Positions 31,768-43,400 of a DNA stretch of 64,000 nucleotides are shown here, one piece after another; the first letter of the stretch is position 1, and each line of letters begins with the position of its first letter. The stretch is taken from IMG/VR virus record IMGVR_UViG_3300048909_000132, positions 831 to 64,830 of that record, one strand, 5' to 3'. The notes under the pieces are model-generated. The model was not told the origin of the DNA and did not search any database. It saw nothing but the letters and a program-made list of their open reading frames with translations. The translations under genes were made by a program, and so were the position numbers. Origin of the DNA: a virus. Taxonomy: Duplodnaviria > Caudoviricetes.

Positions 31768-32044
31768 GATCCCTCCGCGTCAACAACCATTGCCGCCTTG
31801 CCACCGGTATCCGCGGCGGCGATGCCCAGGCGAATGCCAATACATCCTCCGTCAGGACGAGTGCCTGCACGACCGAGGCAGTCCCGAGCAGCGTTCCCGC
31901 GCGATCAACGAGGAGCCGTGGGAGCCGCTGCCAGGGATGGTCAAGCGCCGCTGTGAGTCGTGTGACTACTGGTATGCCTCGCCCGCCGACCAGCGCACCG
32001 CGATCTGTCCTGAGTGCGTGTTCCTGCAGCGGCGCCAGTCATAG
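31766..32044 (+). CDS. possible Cys-rich protein antisense to the late operon
   Basis: CESC...CPEC; orientation odd. Confidence 0.3.
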   Translation: MIPPRQQPLPPCHRYPRRRCPGECQYILRQDECLHDRGSPEQRSRAINEEPWEPLPGMVKRRCESCDYWYASPADQRTAICPECVFLQRRQS

Positions 32045-32081
32045 CCTGTGGGCTGACGACTTCGTGCATGCACCTCGCGAT

Positions 32082-33146
32082 CTAAAGCTCCGCTGACGCG
32101 GTGTAGGTGCCGAACAACGTGAAGGGATTGGCCGCCACCCCGAAGACGGCGAGCGCCAGATCGCGGCTGTTCAACGCCGTCAGTGTGGGGCCGCTGAGAT
32201 TGGTGATGGTGGTCACGTTGAGCGTCAGCGTCGGGTTGGCGCGCATCTTCTGTGGCAGGCTGATAGTGAACACCATCGGATTGCTTCCGCCGTTCCAGCC
32301 CTGGTAGTTGAAATTGCCCGAGCTGTAATACCGATCGCACATGGCCTGCTCGTCGTGCCTGATCTCAAATTGCGACGCGACGTCACCGGTTTCGAACTGC
32401 GGTTTCAGCACCGTGCCAGCGTTGAACTCCACGGTGTGGGAGACGCCAGGGGCAAGGCCGGTCACGGTCAGCGGGCTGGCGGCATAGGCACCACTGTCGA
32501 CCCGCGCTACGGAGGTGCCTTGCCATCCCAGCGTGTAGGTGCCGCCCTCGATCTGCGACGCATCGATAACCTGCTGCAGCGTGCCCGCACTGATGGTGAT
32601 CGTGTTGAACGGCGACGCGGTGATGCTGTAGGTGCAGCCGCCCGCGCCCGCCTTCCAGCGGTCGTGCATGTAGAGGCCTGCGGCGGTGGCGGCACCGGCA
32701 TAGTTCCGCTGGTTGACCTGGAACCCGGCGTTGATGAGGCGGTTGCGATGTCCTGCCAGGGGCCCGAGGTTCATCGTCGCCGCGGTGATGTCGTAGTTCG
32801 CGATCAGCCGTCCGGTTGCCGGATCGCGGTAGACCATGCGTTCCGCCGGGATCTCCGGATAGAGATACACCGGCAAGGTCGCGAAATTCACACGCGCGTT
32901 GCTGTTGTTTGAAGTCCAGATCACCTGGTCGCGCGTCAGCCTGCCAGCGGTGTAGGTGCCATAGCCCCATTCCTGCTGGGTGGTGTCGTCAGCGAAGTAG
33001 TAGACCTGGGCGGGTGCGACCCACAGCCCAGATGCGACGCCATACGACCACGGCAGCCGCCGTGGCGCCGCAGTTCCGAGCGTGAAGCTGCCGACCCCAG
33101 GCGCGGGCACAAGCTCGAGGATGAGGTTGCCGACCTTCTCGACCAT
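32082..33146 (-). CDS. tail fibre / receptor-binding protein
   Basis: RNRLINAGFQVNQR..DRW..QFETG..A..FE...CDRYY fibre domain. Confidence 0.75.
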   Translation of the reverse strand: MVEKVGNLILELVPAPGVGSFTLGTAAPRRLPWSYGVASGLWVAPAQVYYFADDTTQQEWGYGTYTAGRLTRDQVIWTSNNSNARVNFATLPVYLYPEIPAERMVYRDPATGRLIANYDITAATMNLGPLAGHRNRLINAGFQVNQRNYAGAATAAGLYMHDRWKAGAGGCTYSITASPFNTITISAGTLQQVIDASQIEGGTYTLGWQGTSVARVDSGAYAASPLTVTGLAPGVSHTVEFNAGTVLKPQFETGDVASQFEIRHDEQAMCDRYYSSGNFNYQGWNGGSNPMVFTISLPQKMRANPTLTLNVTTITNLSGPTLTALNSRDLALAVFGVAANPFTLFGTYTASAEL

Positions 33147-33150
33147 AACG

Positions 33151-33927
33151 CTAAACCCTTTCGGTGAGCTGCCCCGCCCATGATCTCCGGTCTGCCGTTC
33201 CGAGTGGGTACCGCACGTCGGCGGTCTGCTTCAGGCGTCCGAAGGTTGCCTCGGTGCTCATGTCGACCGAACCGTTGTCGGGCACCACGAGGATGTTGGC
33301 GCCAGGTGCTGCCACGCGCATCAAAGCATCGAGCGATGGCCAAAGTTCGGAACTGGTGCGCACGCCCTGCATGTCGAGATCCCAGCGACGGCGCTGGAAC
33401 CGATAGACCGGGTATTCCTGCCCGCCATGCGACACCATTTCGTCGGTCGTCACGTCGCGGCCATAGCTGGTGTTCAACGACAGCGTCGAGAGCGGACTCC
33501 ATGCCGGACCAGCGAACGCCAGGGGGACGTTGACGAACCCATCGGGATTGCCAGCATCGCTGATGCTGACCGTGGCATAGTCACCGACGACGCCGCCGGT
33601 ATCGACGACGACCTGGCGGCTGCCGTTCACCGGTCCACCGACCTGAACCGTCCAGACCAGCGTTGATGGGTTTGTATAGACTGAGAACACCAGCACCGCA
33701 GCCGAGGTCAGGTTGGAGCGGAACAGGCCGAGCAGTCGGAATGTCTGCCGCGTCAGAGCCGGGGTGATGGTCAGCAGGATCCCGGTCAAGATCGTGGTCT
33801 GCCAGCCATCCGCAGCCGCGCCGGAATCGCCCTGTAGGTTCGTCACCGGAAAATTCGTCGCGGCGTTGTTCGACGTCACCGTGCCGCTCTTCACGAAGTT
33901 GGTGTAGCCGATCAGCGCGTTGTTCAT
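33151..33927 (-). CDS. tail tip protein (distal-tail-like)
   Basis: Position between hub and fibre; beta-rich. Confidence 0.55.
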   Translation of the reverse strand: MNNALIGYTNFVKSGTVTSNNAATNFPVTNLQGDSGAAADGWQTTILTGILLTITPALTRQTFRLLGLFRSNLTSAAVLVFSVYTNPSTLVWTVQVGGPVNGSRQVVVDTGGVVGDYATVSISDAGNPDGFVNVPLAFAGPAWSPLSTLSLNTSYGRDVTTDEMVSHGGQEYPVYRFQRRRWDLDMQGVRTSSELWPSLDALMRVAAPGANILVVPDNGSVDMSTEATFGRLKQTADVRYPLGTADRRSWAGQLTERV

Positions 33928-36900
33928 ACCAAGATCCTCAACGTGATCGAGGAGTCCTCGGAGCGGTAGCTGTAGCCGACGATCTGACCCAGCGTCGTGC
34001 CGGCGAGGTCACCGATCTCGGTGGTGATCGACACCACGTCGCCATACTCCAGCGTCACGCCGACGATGAACGGCACCTCGATGCCATAGAGCCGCCGCCG
34101 CACACCCCACAGCGCGATGTACTGGTTGGCGACAAACTGCGCTTCATCGAGCGCGCCATAGCCGGTGACGTGGTCGACGATGGACCCGGTGATGACGGGT
34201 GGATCGTTCGGTCGTGAAATTGCCGAGAACAGGGTTGGCGAGTTCGCCTGCACGACGCTGTTGGGCGTGGCGAGGTATTGCACCCTGCCAGCAGTCGCAA
34301 GCGGAGACAGGCCTGTGGTCTGCACGGTGTAGTTGTCATCATATCCGACGCGCATGCGGTATGGCGGCGGGGAGACGCCTGCTGGCAGTGCGATCGGAGT
34401 GATCGAGATGATGTTGCGGTCATCAAGCGCGGCCTTGATCGTTGGCGATCCTGGCAGCGCGGCTATGACGAACGCACGCAGTAAGCCGTCGCGGCAGGCG
34501 ACGAGCTTCATGCAGGCTGGCGCCAGGATCCGCGTCAGCAGATCCACTCCGGTGGGATTGTCCTGCGGCCCGAGGAACACTGCGCAGCCGTGGTTGAACG
34601 GCGGGGTGGAACCGATCGCGGCCAGTTGCCCGCCGCTCGACGCGACGAGGTTCGTCGGAACGCCAGCGAGTGAGGTCAGGACGTAGTAGGCGACAGCCAG
34701 TGCGGTCGACGATGCCTGCAAGGGGGCGCCATTGACGTCGCATGTGATCTGGAATGTTGGCGTGGATCCGAGCTGCAGGCAGCCACGCGCAAGACAGGTG
34801 CGATACTGACCGGCGGGTGTCGAGCCGACATAGAGATCGGGTACGTCGCCCGCATTCGGCCAGCCTGCATTGCCGCCTTCCCACAGTTGGATCTTCGCAA
34901 CCGGCCCGTCATTCACTTGGTAGATCAGCGCTGGAGGATCGACGAGGACCGGCGTGATGTTGTTGACCGGCCCATCAAAGACCGTCCCCACCTTCGTCGA
35001 ACCGCCGATCACCAAGGGCTTCAGCGTGCCCGTCAGCGTCGATGTCCCGTCGTACTGACCGTTGCCGCCATAGGTGGAGCGGAGCAGGGGACGCTCGAGC
35101 CAGTAGCTGGCGTCGCGCAGCGGGATGGTGACCTCGGTGTCGTCGGCGGTGAGCGTCCCCGCGACACCGTTGAACGCGGGCACCAGGCTCGCGTAGGGCG
35201 GGTCGATCAGCATGTTGCGCGCGGTGTAGAGATAGTCGCCTGCACGCGGCGCGGCTGCGACCGCCCCCGGCGGGATGAACGAGGTCACCGCCCCGGTGTC
35301 GACCTCCATCTGCCACGCCGCCGTGTAGAGGACGTCGCCGGCGACCTGGGGGGTGACGCGGAAGACGATGCTTGCCGTGGTCGTGCCGACCGCGAGCATC
35401 GCGCTGGTGGTGACGCGCTGCCACTGGTCGACGAGCGCGAGGTTGACGTGACCGACAACCAAGCCGCTCACGGCTGCCCCTTCGATCTGTAGGCTGATCG
35501 CGGTCTTCGCCGCCAGGAACGACGGCAGCCAGATCCACGCCGAGGCACGAATCGGGGTGGCGGGCGACGGCATGGCGGTGACGCCGATCGTGCCGTAATT
35601 GGTGTCCGTCGCCGTCACTGTCCGCGTGTGCTTCCACACCGGCACGCCAGCATAGATCGCTGGCACGTCGGTCGAGGCCGCGACCGTGACGTTGCCGGTG
35701 CCTGGGGTCTGCGTTGAGCGGACGTAGTTGGTCGCGTCAGGCTCGTTCAGCAGAACAGGCGTTCCGGTCACGCTGTAGGTTGCGGGCCTGCCAGCCGCGG
35801 CTGCGGTCGTCGGGATGAACGCGCTCGCGACCGCGCCGCCTTCGCACTGCGGCGCCATGAGACGGCATGTGACGTTGAGCGCGACACCGTTGCCGTAGGT
35901 CAACAGCAGATAGGGCTGCACATAGCGAGTGGTCGCCTGGGCGGTGACGAACGGCGCGATGCGTCGGGAACGGCTGATCGTGTTGACCGACAGCGCGGAC
36001 GGGGTTTCGCCGCCGAACCGCACGACCGTGCCGCTGCTGTCGAACTCGCGAGTGCCCAACTGGAAGGTTACGCCAGCCTGAGATCCGGCGGTGAACTGCG
36101 CGTAGACGCTCGGACACCACGCCTGACCGGCGTTGGCATCAATGGCGTTGCCCGGTGCGAATGCCAGGGTCGTCTGCGTGCTGCCGGTCGTGCCGAACAC
36201 CCGCAGATCGATGTACTTGCGTCCGGTCACCGCATCGGTGCCGACCGCCACGACCTGTTGTGAAAGACCGGCGCCAAGCGCGAGGCCCCACCCATTCGGC
36301 AGCGTGCCCGGTGTGCCCGCCACGGCACCGGTCATGTCGGAGCAGGCGAGATAGTTCACCGCGCCGTCACCGTGCGACACCTCGCCCGCCGAGGTCGGGA
36401 TGAACGGCGTCGCCACCGCGCCAAGCTCGACCTGGGGAGCGGCGACGTCGATGGTGAAGTCGATCGCGGCGCCGATCGCCCAATAGAACACGACGCCTGC
36501 ATTGCCTGTGGTGAACGGCGCTGCACCCGATGCTGGCATGCTCTGGGTGCGCGAGAACCGCGTCAGCGTCGTGGTGATCGACGCCATGAAGTTGGGCTGC
36601 GTGGTACCGACCCCCGCGCCTGCGGCATCGGAGGCCGCGAGCCAGTGGACGATCGACGCGACGCCAGTGAAGTTGCCCGAGGCCCGCGCGACGTATACCG
36701 ACTGTGCAATCGCTTGGTTGACGGGCATGCCGGAAACGCCGCCGGTCGTGCTGAAGAGGAGCGAGCCGCTGCCTGCGGTGGTGGTGCCATGATAGCGCAG
36801 CCGCATCACGGTCGCGGTGCCGCCGGCGAGCGTGGTCCGGTAGAATGACAGATCGATCGCGAGGCCAGTTGCCGCTGCGGACCAGCCAGGTGGCATCACA

Positions 36901-37484
36901 CCGCCCGACCCGATCGTGCCAGCCACTGCACCGGTCCCGGTCGAATTGCGCACCGAATTCGTCGCGGCCTGATCAAGCGTGATGGCTCCGGTGTAGTCCT
37001 GGCGAACAGCATTCGGAGTCGCGAGCTGTAGCGTGTTGGTCTGGTCGAGAGCAGTGGCCGGGGTGCTGCGCGCGGTGCCAAAGCCGACGAAGTTCTCCAG
37101 TAGCTTCACGCCGTAGAGGACATGCGTGTCGCGACCATCGGCCACCCAGCCTCCGTTGATGATCGGATCATACTTGCCGTCGTTGTTGGCGAGTTTGATG
37201 GCGCCCCACGAGGCACCGACAGCCGATGCCGATGGATCCAGATTGACCATCGCGTCGATCGCGAAGGCCTCCTGAACGCGGGGCGGGTAGGGCACTGGTC
37301 CGAACGGGTCGGAGGGACGCGAGCAGTAGCCCGCGTCCGACGCCAGGATGGTGTTGTCGGTGTAGGTGGTTTCGAGCATCGACAGCGCGCCGTGCGGGCG
37401 CGTGGCGTGGCCCACGTCGAGGGTAAGCCCGCCATCGCTCGGCTTACGAATGGCCTGCTCGATGGCGAAGAAGTAGCTCGTCAC
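33924..37484 (-). CDS. tail hub/host-specificity protein with three inserted carbohydrate-binding-like modules
   Basis: Follows tape measure; three TN..R/N...Q.E.G..AT/S.FIP repeats. Confidence 0.7.
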   Translation of the reverse strand: MTSYFFAIEQAIRKPSDGGLTLDVGHATRPHGALSMLETTYTDNTILASDAGYCSRPSDPFGPVPYPPRVQEAFAIDAMVNLDPSASAVGASWGAIKLANNDGKYDPIINGGWVADGRDTHVLYGVKLLENFVGFGTARSTPATALDQTNTLQLATPNAVRQDYTGAITLDQAATNSVRNSTGTGAVAGTIGSGGVMPPGWSAAATGLAIDLSFYRTTLAGGTATVMRLRYHGTTTAGSGSLLFSTTGGVSGMPVNQAIAQSVYVARASGNFTGVASIVHWLAASDAAGAGVGTTQPNFMASITTTLTRFSRTQSMPASGAAPFTTGNAGVVFYWAIGAAIDFTIDVAAPQVELGAVATPFIPTSAGEVSHGDGAVNYLACSDMTGAVAGTPGTLPNGWGLALGAGLSQQVVAVGTDAVTGRKYIDLRVFGTTGSTQTTLAFAPGNAIDANAGQAWCPSVYAQFTAGSQAGVTFQLGTREFDSSGTVVRFGGETPSALSVNTISRSRRIAPFVTAQATTRYVQPYLLLTYGNGVALNVTCRLMAPQCEGGAVASAFIPTTAAAAGRPATYSVTGTPVLLNEPDATNYVRSTQTPGTGNVTVAASTDVPAIYAGVPVWKHTRTVTATDTNYGTIGVTAMPSPATPIRASAWIWLPSFLAAKTAISLQIEGAAVSGLVVGHVNLALVDQWQRVTTSAMLAVGTTTASIVFRVTPQVAGDVLYTAAWQMEVDTGAVTSFIPPGAVAAAPRAGDYLYTARNMLIDPPYASLVPAFNGVAGTLTADDTEVTIPLRDASYWLERPLLRSTYGGNGQYDGTSTLTGTLKPLVIGGSTKVGTVFDGPVNNITPVLVDPPALIYQVNDGPVAKIQLWEGGNAGWPNAGDVPDLYVGSTPAGQYRTCLARGCLQLGSTPTFQITCDVNGAPLQASSTALAVAYYVLTSLAGVPTNLVASSGGQLAAIGSTPPFNHGCAVFLGPQDNPTGVDLLTRILAPACMKLVACRDGLLRAFVIAALPGSPTIKAALDDRNIISITPIALPAGVSPPPYRMRVGYDDNYTVQTTGLSPLATAGRVQYLATPNSVVQANSPTLFSAISRPNDPPVITGSIVDHVTGYGALDEAQFVANQYIALWGVRRRLYGIEVPFIVGVTLEYGDVVSITTEIGDLAGTTLGQIVGYSYRSEDSSITLRILV

Positions 37485-40400
37485 GATACCCTCGCCGGCG
37501 CCGATGTTCCTTGTGCCAACTGCACGCGGAGCTGCTTCACCTCGTCCTGCAAATCTTGCAGCTGTTCGACCAAGATCGCCGTCTGCGTGCGCGTTTCGGT
37601 CTGCAGCACCGAGGCAGTCAGGAGATCCGGCGATTGCGCACCGACCGTCGCGAGCGCGGTGATCACCTTGCCGAAGGCCTGCACGTAGTCGATGCCGCTG
37701 CCGTAGACATTGTGCGCTGCGCTCAGATAGGCGTCGCTGTATTGCTGCAAGGTCTGCACGGCCCCGTAGTTGCCGCTCGCGGCGAGGTTCGCCTGGGTGT
37801 CGAACTGCCGCTGCGCCAGGGCAAGCTGGGCCTGCGGCGATAGCGGCGACTTGTCCGATGTCTGTAGGCTGATGGCGTACTGGTTGAGCGAGGCGATCGA
37901 GGCGGATGCCTGGCTCTTCAGCGCGTCGTCCTGCTGCTTCTGTAGCGCGAGCCTTTCCTCGCCCTGTGCTTTCTGCAGCGCGGTGAGTTTGTTCGCGTAA
38001 TCCTGCGTCAGGGCGTAGGCGGCACCGTAGGTCGCGGTGAGGTTCATATAGAGGCTGGTCCGCTCTTCCCTCTGCTGTTCATCGAGCGCATCGAGAGCCG
38101 CCTTTTTCTGATCAGCCACGCTGCCGCTGACCTGGGCCGCGGCGTTCTCGTAGCGGGTTGCGAAGCTCGCATCCTGTTGCTGGCTGGCGGCAGCCTGCTG
38201 CATCTGCCGGTCGTGCAACGTCTGCTCGAGGACCAGTCGCTCCTCGCCTTGGGTCTTCACCAGCGCATTCAGCTTGTCGGCGTATTCCTGCGTCGCAGCG
38301 TAGGCATTGCCATAGGTCGCGGTGAGGCTGAGGTACAGGTTCTGCCGTTCCTGCGAGGCCTGAACGTCGAACGAAGATAGAGCCGCCGACGGGGCAAGGC
38401 TCGGGTTGAGCGCCGCTTGCGCATTCCCGAACCGCAGGGCGATGGTTTGGTCCTGCTGATCGCTGGCAACCTTAAGCTGCAGGTTCGCCCTGGCGATCTG
38501 CTGGTTGAGCAGCGCCATCTCGTCATTTTGCGAGCTGAGAAGAGCGAGCCACTTTGCCAGGTTGTTGGGGTCGGCGGTCCCGAACAGATCACCATAGGTC
38601 TGCTGCTCGCTTTGAATGTACTGGTTGCGCTCGATCGCTTGCTGGGCATTCAACGCGCCAACCTGTGCGGCCTGCATCCGCGTTGGATCGCCGGTCAGCG
38701 CAGCCGCAGCCGTCGCGGCGCGGGCCTGCAAGGTCAACAGTTGCTCGTTGCTCGCCTCGATCAGTTGGACTTGCTGCTTGTTGAACTGGACCTGAATCGC
38801 GAGGCGTTCCTCGGCGGTCGCCTTGTCGTTGTCCGCCATCCGCTGCGCGTAGTCAGCCGTCGTCGCGTAGGCGTCGCCCCAGATGCCGGTGAGCGTGTCG
38901 GAAAGCTGTTGGCGTGTCTGCTTCGCATTGGAGTCGAACGCCACCAACTGTGCGTTCATCGCGTCCTGCGGACTGCCGGTAACCGTGGCTTGTGCGGTGA
39001 GGAAACGGCTCTGCACACTCGCTGCCGATGCGTCGAGCGCGTCCTGCGCGGCCTTGTTGTTCTTGTCGTAGGCGCGTTGCTGTGCGGCCAGGAGTTCGTC
39101 GGTGCCGAAACCGATCTGGCGCGACACGGCCAGCGCATCGCTGTATTGCGCGTAGACCTGGCTCTGGGCGGTCGCCAGCGAACCGGGGTTGCCCGCCGTC
39201 AGCGTGGGGAAGGTTGCGGTGATGAATGTGGCGGCTTTCTGCAACGCAGGCTGCACGTCGGTGTTCGCTGCATTGGCCAGGGCGCGCAGCGCGATGCCCA
39301 TGGTATCGGACTCGGCCTTGGTGCCCTTGAGCGCAGTCTCGAAATCCGCCAGCGATGTCGTGACGCCTTGCAGCTCCTCGGGCGATTGGAACAAGCGGTT
39401 TTGGATGAACTGCTGGGTGAGCGGGTCGTTAGATTGGAAGCGCAGGCTCGGGAAGGCAGCGCCGAGGGAGCTATACTTGGATGGATCTTGGAATCCGCCC
39501 GGTGTGTTCTGGCCGATTTGCAGATACGGCGCGCCAGTGTTCGCGCCCTCCAGGCTCGTGACTCTCAGGCCGCGCGCTTGCAGTATCTGGTTGATGGAAG
39601 CGGCGTCACTGATGGCACCGGAGCGCTCGCCGGATGTGTCGACCAGTTGGGATGCTGTGCCACCGACCGACAGCAACCCGTCTGGCCCGACAGTGATCAT
39701 GGTGCTCGAAAACGGGCTTGGCGCTTTCGGCCCGATCAGTCCCCCGCCCGCACCACCGAGAGTGCCACCGAGCAGACCACCGATAAGTGCTCCTCCTGGC
39801 CCTCCGACAACGAACCCGATGCCAGCACCAGCAACCGCACCGAGGGCAGCGCCGATTTGGGGGGCTGGCCCGACCTTCCCGAGCGCTCGTTGCTCAAAGC
39901 CGCCGACAGTCGAGCCGATGCCATAGCCACCAATGACGCCACCAGCGATGCTGGTCAGGCCACCTACGGTGATCGGAACCGCACCGCCCGCCGCAGAGTA
40001 CGCGGCCTCTGTTGCAGGACCGTAGACGCCCGTCCCCAGGCCAGCCAATGCAGTATCAGTGGCGCTTGCCGACACCGAGCCGATGACCGGAGTGGACAGG
40101 AAGTTCGCAACCGTGCCGCCCGAGCCGAAGAAGCCTCCGGTGTCGAACAGGCCGACATTGCCCTCGCCGCCACTGAACAGCCCCTTGAGGCCGAGTGAAT
40201 TCACAAGCGAACCGCCAGACAGCGTGTTCGCACCACTGCCAAGCTGGAACAGGCTCGAAAGGTTGGAAAGGAAACCGGGCGAACTGCCTGCTGTGCCGCC
40301 GCCGCCCTGGCCAGCACCCATCGCATAGAGGCCCGCCAACCCGCCAATCGTGCCACCACCGAAGACGCCGCCGATGCCTGGACCGGCACCGACCTCTTGT

Positions 40401-43400
40401 GTGCCGATCAGAGAGCTGATGCCACCGACGCCGCCTGCCGCGCCGCCAACGAGCTGAAGGCCTTGCTGACCGCCGCCGAGATCGACCAGCCTCAGTGCGC
40501 TGCCGACGAGGCCACTGGCGCTACTGGTGCTGCTGCCGCCACCCAACAGCCCAAACACCGAACTGAGGGTCGGGTTGTTCTGGCCAAATAGCGAATTCAT
40601 GATCGGGTTGAGGATCGCCAGATGGGCGAACATCTGCAGCACTTGCGTCAACACGCCATGGAGCACGTTGCCCCACTTCACCGCGGCACCCTCACCTTGC
40701 ACGAACGCCTGCGTCACCGCGTTGCCGATGGCATCGAACGCCGAGCTGAACTGCTGCGACAGGTAGCTCAGTGTCTGCTGCCTGTTGGCAAGCACCTGGG
40801 TGAGCTGTGCCAGCGCATCCTTCTGCGCGATCAGTCCCTGCTTTTCACTCTCCGTCAGGCCGACATTGTTCTTCCGGATCTCGTACTCGTCCTTCATGTG
40901 CTGGATCATCAGCGCACGCGCGTCGCTGTTATCGAGCAGCGAGGTGGTTTCGGCCTGCACGACCTTGATGTCCTGGGCGAGGTCGTTCGACTCCTGAACT
41001 GCCTTCGTCTCTGCCTGCGCGCGTGCATACGCCAGTTGCTCTTGCGTCAGTTGCTTCACGGCGGCGGCGAACTTCTCTGTCCCAGGCTTCAGGTTGTCCG
41101 AGATCGCCTGTTCCTGCGCCTTCATCTGCGCGGTGATGAGCAGCACTGCCTCGCCGCCCTCGCCGTAGGCCTTGGTCAGTTTGTTCTGTGCATCGATCTG
41201 GGCGCCGAGCTTGTCCTGCTGCTTGTCCAGTTCGGCGCGATGCACCTCGTGCGTCTTGTTCAGCCGGGTGATCTCGGCCTCGGCGCCTTTGATCGCGTTC
41301 GCATACTTGTCGACGACCGCTGCATTCTCCTCAGTGCGCGGCCCGAGTTCTTTCAATTTGTCTCTGAACTCGCCGATCTTCTCGTTGAGTTGCGCAACCT
41401 CCGCTGGTTTGTATTTGTCGGCCAATGACGCCGCCGAGGTCGCCAACTGCTTGTCAGCAGTGGCCGCATCGAGCGAGATCCTCTGCGCCAGTGCATGAGC
41501 TTGTGCGTCCGGTGACGCACCCGCTTCACCGAGCTTATCGACGGCCTGCTTGTCCTTGATGGCTTGGACGTTCGCGCGGTTCGCCGCGGTGTTGTTGAGG
41601 ATCGCCGTCGTCTCGGCGTTGATAAGCTCGATCTGGTCGTCGATGTTGCGCGAGTCTTCAGCCGCCTTGACCGCGCCAACTGACCGCGCGTTGTCCACGT
41701 TCGCCACCGTCATGCGGATGACAGCGGCGGTGAACCTGTCAGTGCCAGGGATCTCTTGGGACAACGCGGCCTCGTAGGCCTTCGCATATGCCGTGGCCTG
41801 GATGACGGCATCATTGCCGTCAGCATAAGCCGCGGCGATGTCGCGCTGCCCCTGCGCTTGCGCTTCAGTCGCTTCGACCGATTTGTCAGTCGCCGTCTTG
41901 AAATAGTTGTTGGCGGCTATCTGCGCGTCGTCCAGTGCCTTCTGTGAAATCTGTAGCGACAGCGACAGTTCATCGAACCGCTTGGCATTCTCCACGGTCC
42001 TTGGGCCGAGCGTATCGAGCGCTGTCGTCAGGCCTGTAACGGCGTCGCTGGCATCCTGCAGCTTGCCGAACGGACTCGCCTTGACGAGGTTGACCGCCTT
42101 GTCCATCGCCGCGTTGAACGTATCGACGGCTTTCGCTGCATCCAGCGCGAGGTTCTTCATCGCGTCAGTCAGACCTGGCAGTCGGGTGTCAGGCTGTTGC
42201 GCGCTCGCTGCGGTGGGGATGTTCGCGACCCTCGCCGCGACGCTGGGCAACTGTCCAACGGTGCTGTCGAACGGTTCCGCGATACCAATATCGACTGCCG
42301 CCGGGGATGGACCTTGCGGCGTGGCTGCCTGCGCGTCCTTCGCAGCCTGCCGCGTCTCTTGGATCTTCCTGATCAGGGTATTGAAGTGGTCGATCACGTC
42401 GGCCACGGTCTGATTGATCACGTCTCCCCAGCTACTGCCGCTGGTTTTCGACGAGGTGAAGAGGTTGGCAGTATCGCGCAATGCCTGTTGCAGATGCGTC
42501 AGTGAATCACTGGCGTGATCGTTCTGGTCCTTAAGCACCTTGATGACGGCATTGTAGGCGCCCGCGGCGTCGCCTGAGTTCGCCATGCGCTCGATCAGTC
42601 GCGCGAGTTCCGCGGTCATTCCGGGGAAGTGTTTTTTGGCAAGGTCGTCAGCGACCTTGGCGGGATCCTCCATGGCGTCGGCCAGAACCTTCGCCGCATC
42701 GGGCACCTTGACGCCCCAGGTGACCGCCAGATCACCCGACAGCCGGATCAGATCCTCCAGTTCTCGCTGTGTGCCCTCAAACCTGGGTGCGCCAGCGATC
42801 GTCGCTCCTGCGGTTCGCGCTTCCGACACGCTTAGACCACTGCTGGACGCGACATTCCTCGACGCTTGGTTAACCACGTTCGCCAGACCGAGGTAGTCGT
42901 CACGCGTCGCGCGCAGCGTGTTCTGCAGCCCCAGGAGCTGCCGTTGGCTGGACTCGGCTGAATAGCCCATCAGCACGACAGCCCCGACAACTGCGGTGAC
43001 GCCAGTGACCACCAGGCCGGTCGTGCTGATGAGTGCAGCGAACGCCGCCTTGACCGCTTGGCCGACAACACCGAAGCCGGTGCCGGTCGCCAGCGCCACG
43101 TCAACGAGCTGATGACCTTGCTCGACGAGGGCGGTCATGAACGGGATGCCGCTTTCGAGCGATGAGAAGAATTGCACGGTCTGCACGCCAAGCTGGCGGG
43201 TGGCGAACGCGGCCTGACCATGCCCAGCGGCGTAGGCGGCGACTGTTCGCCCCGCATTGGCCATGGTGGCGTTGGCTTTATCGAGGAAGACGTTGAACTG
43301 CTCTTGCGAAATGCGGTTCGCGTTGAGGTCGGCAGTCATCTTGTTGAGCTGCGCCTCGTACTCCTTCGATACCCGAAACACGCTGTCGTAAGAGGCCCGG

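Noticed and set aside
32082-33146. Diversity-generating retroelement targeting the tail fibre
   Set aside because: No reverse transcriptase and no template-repeat copy of the fibre 3' end were seen.
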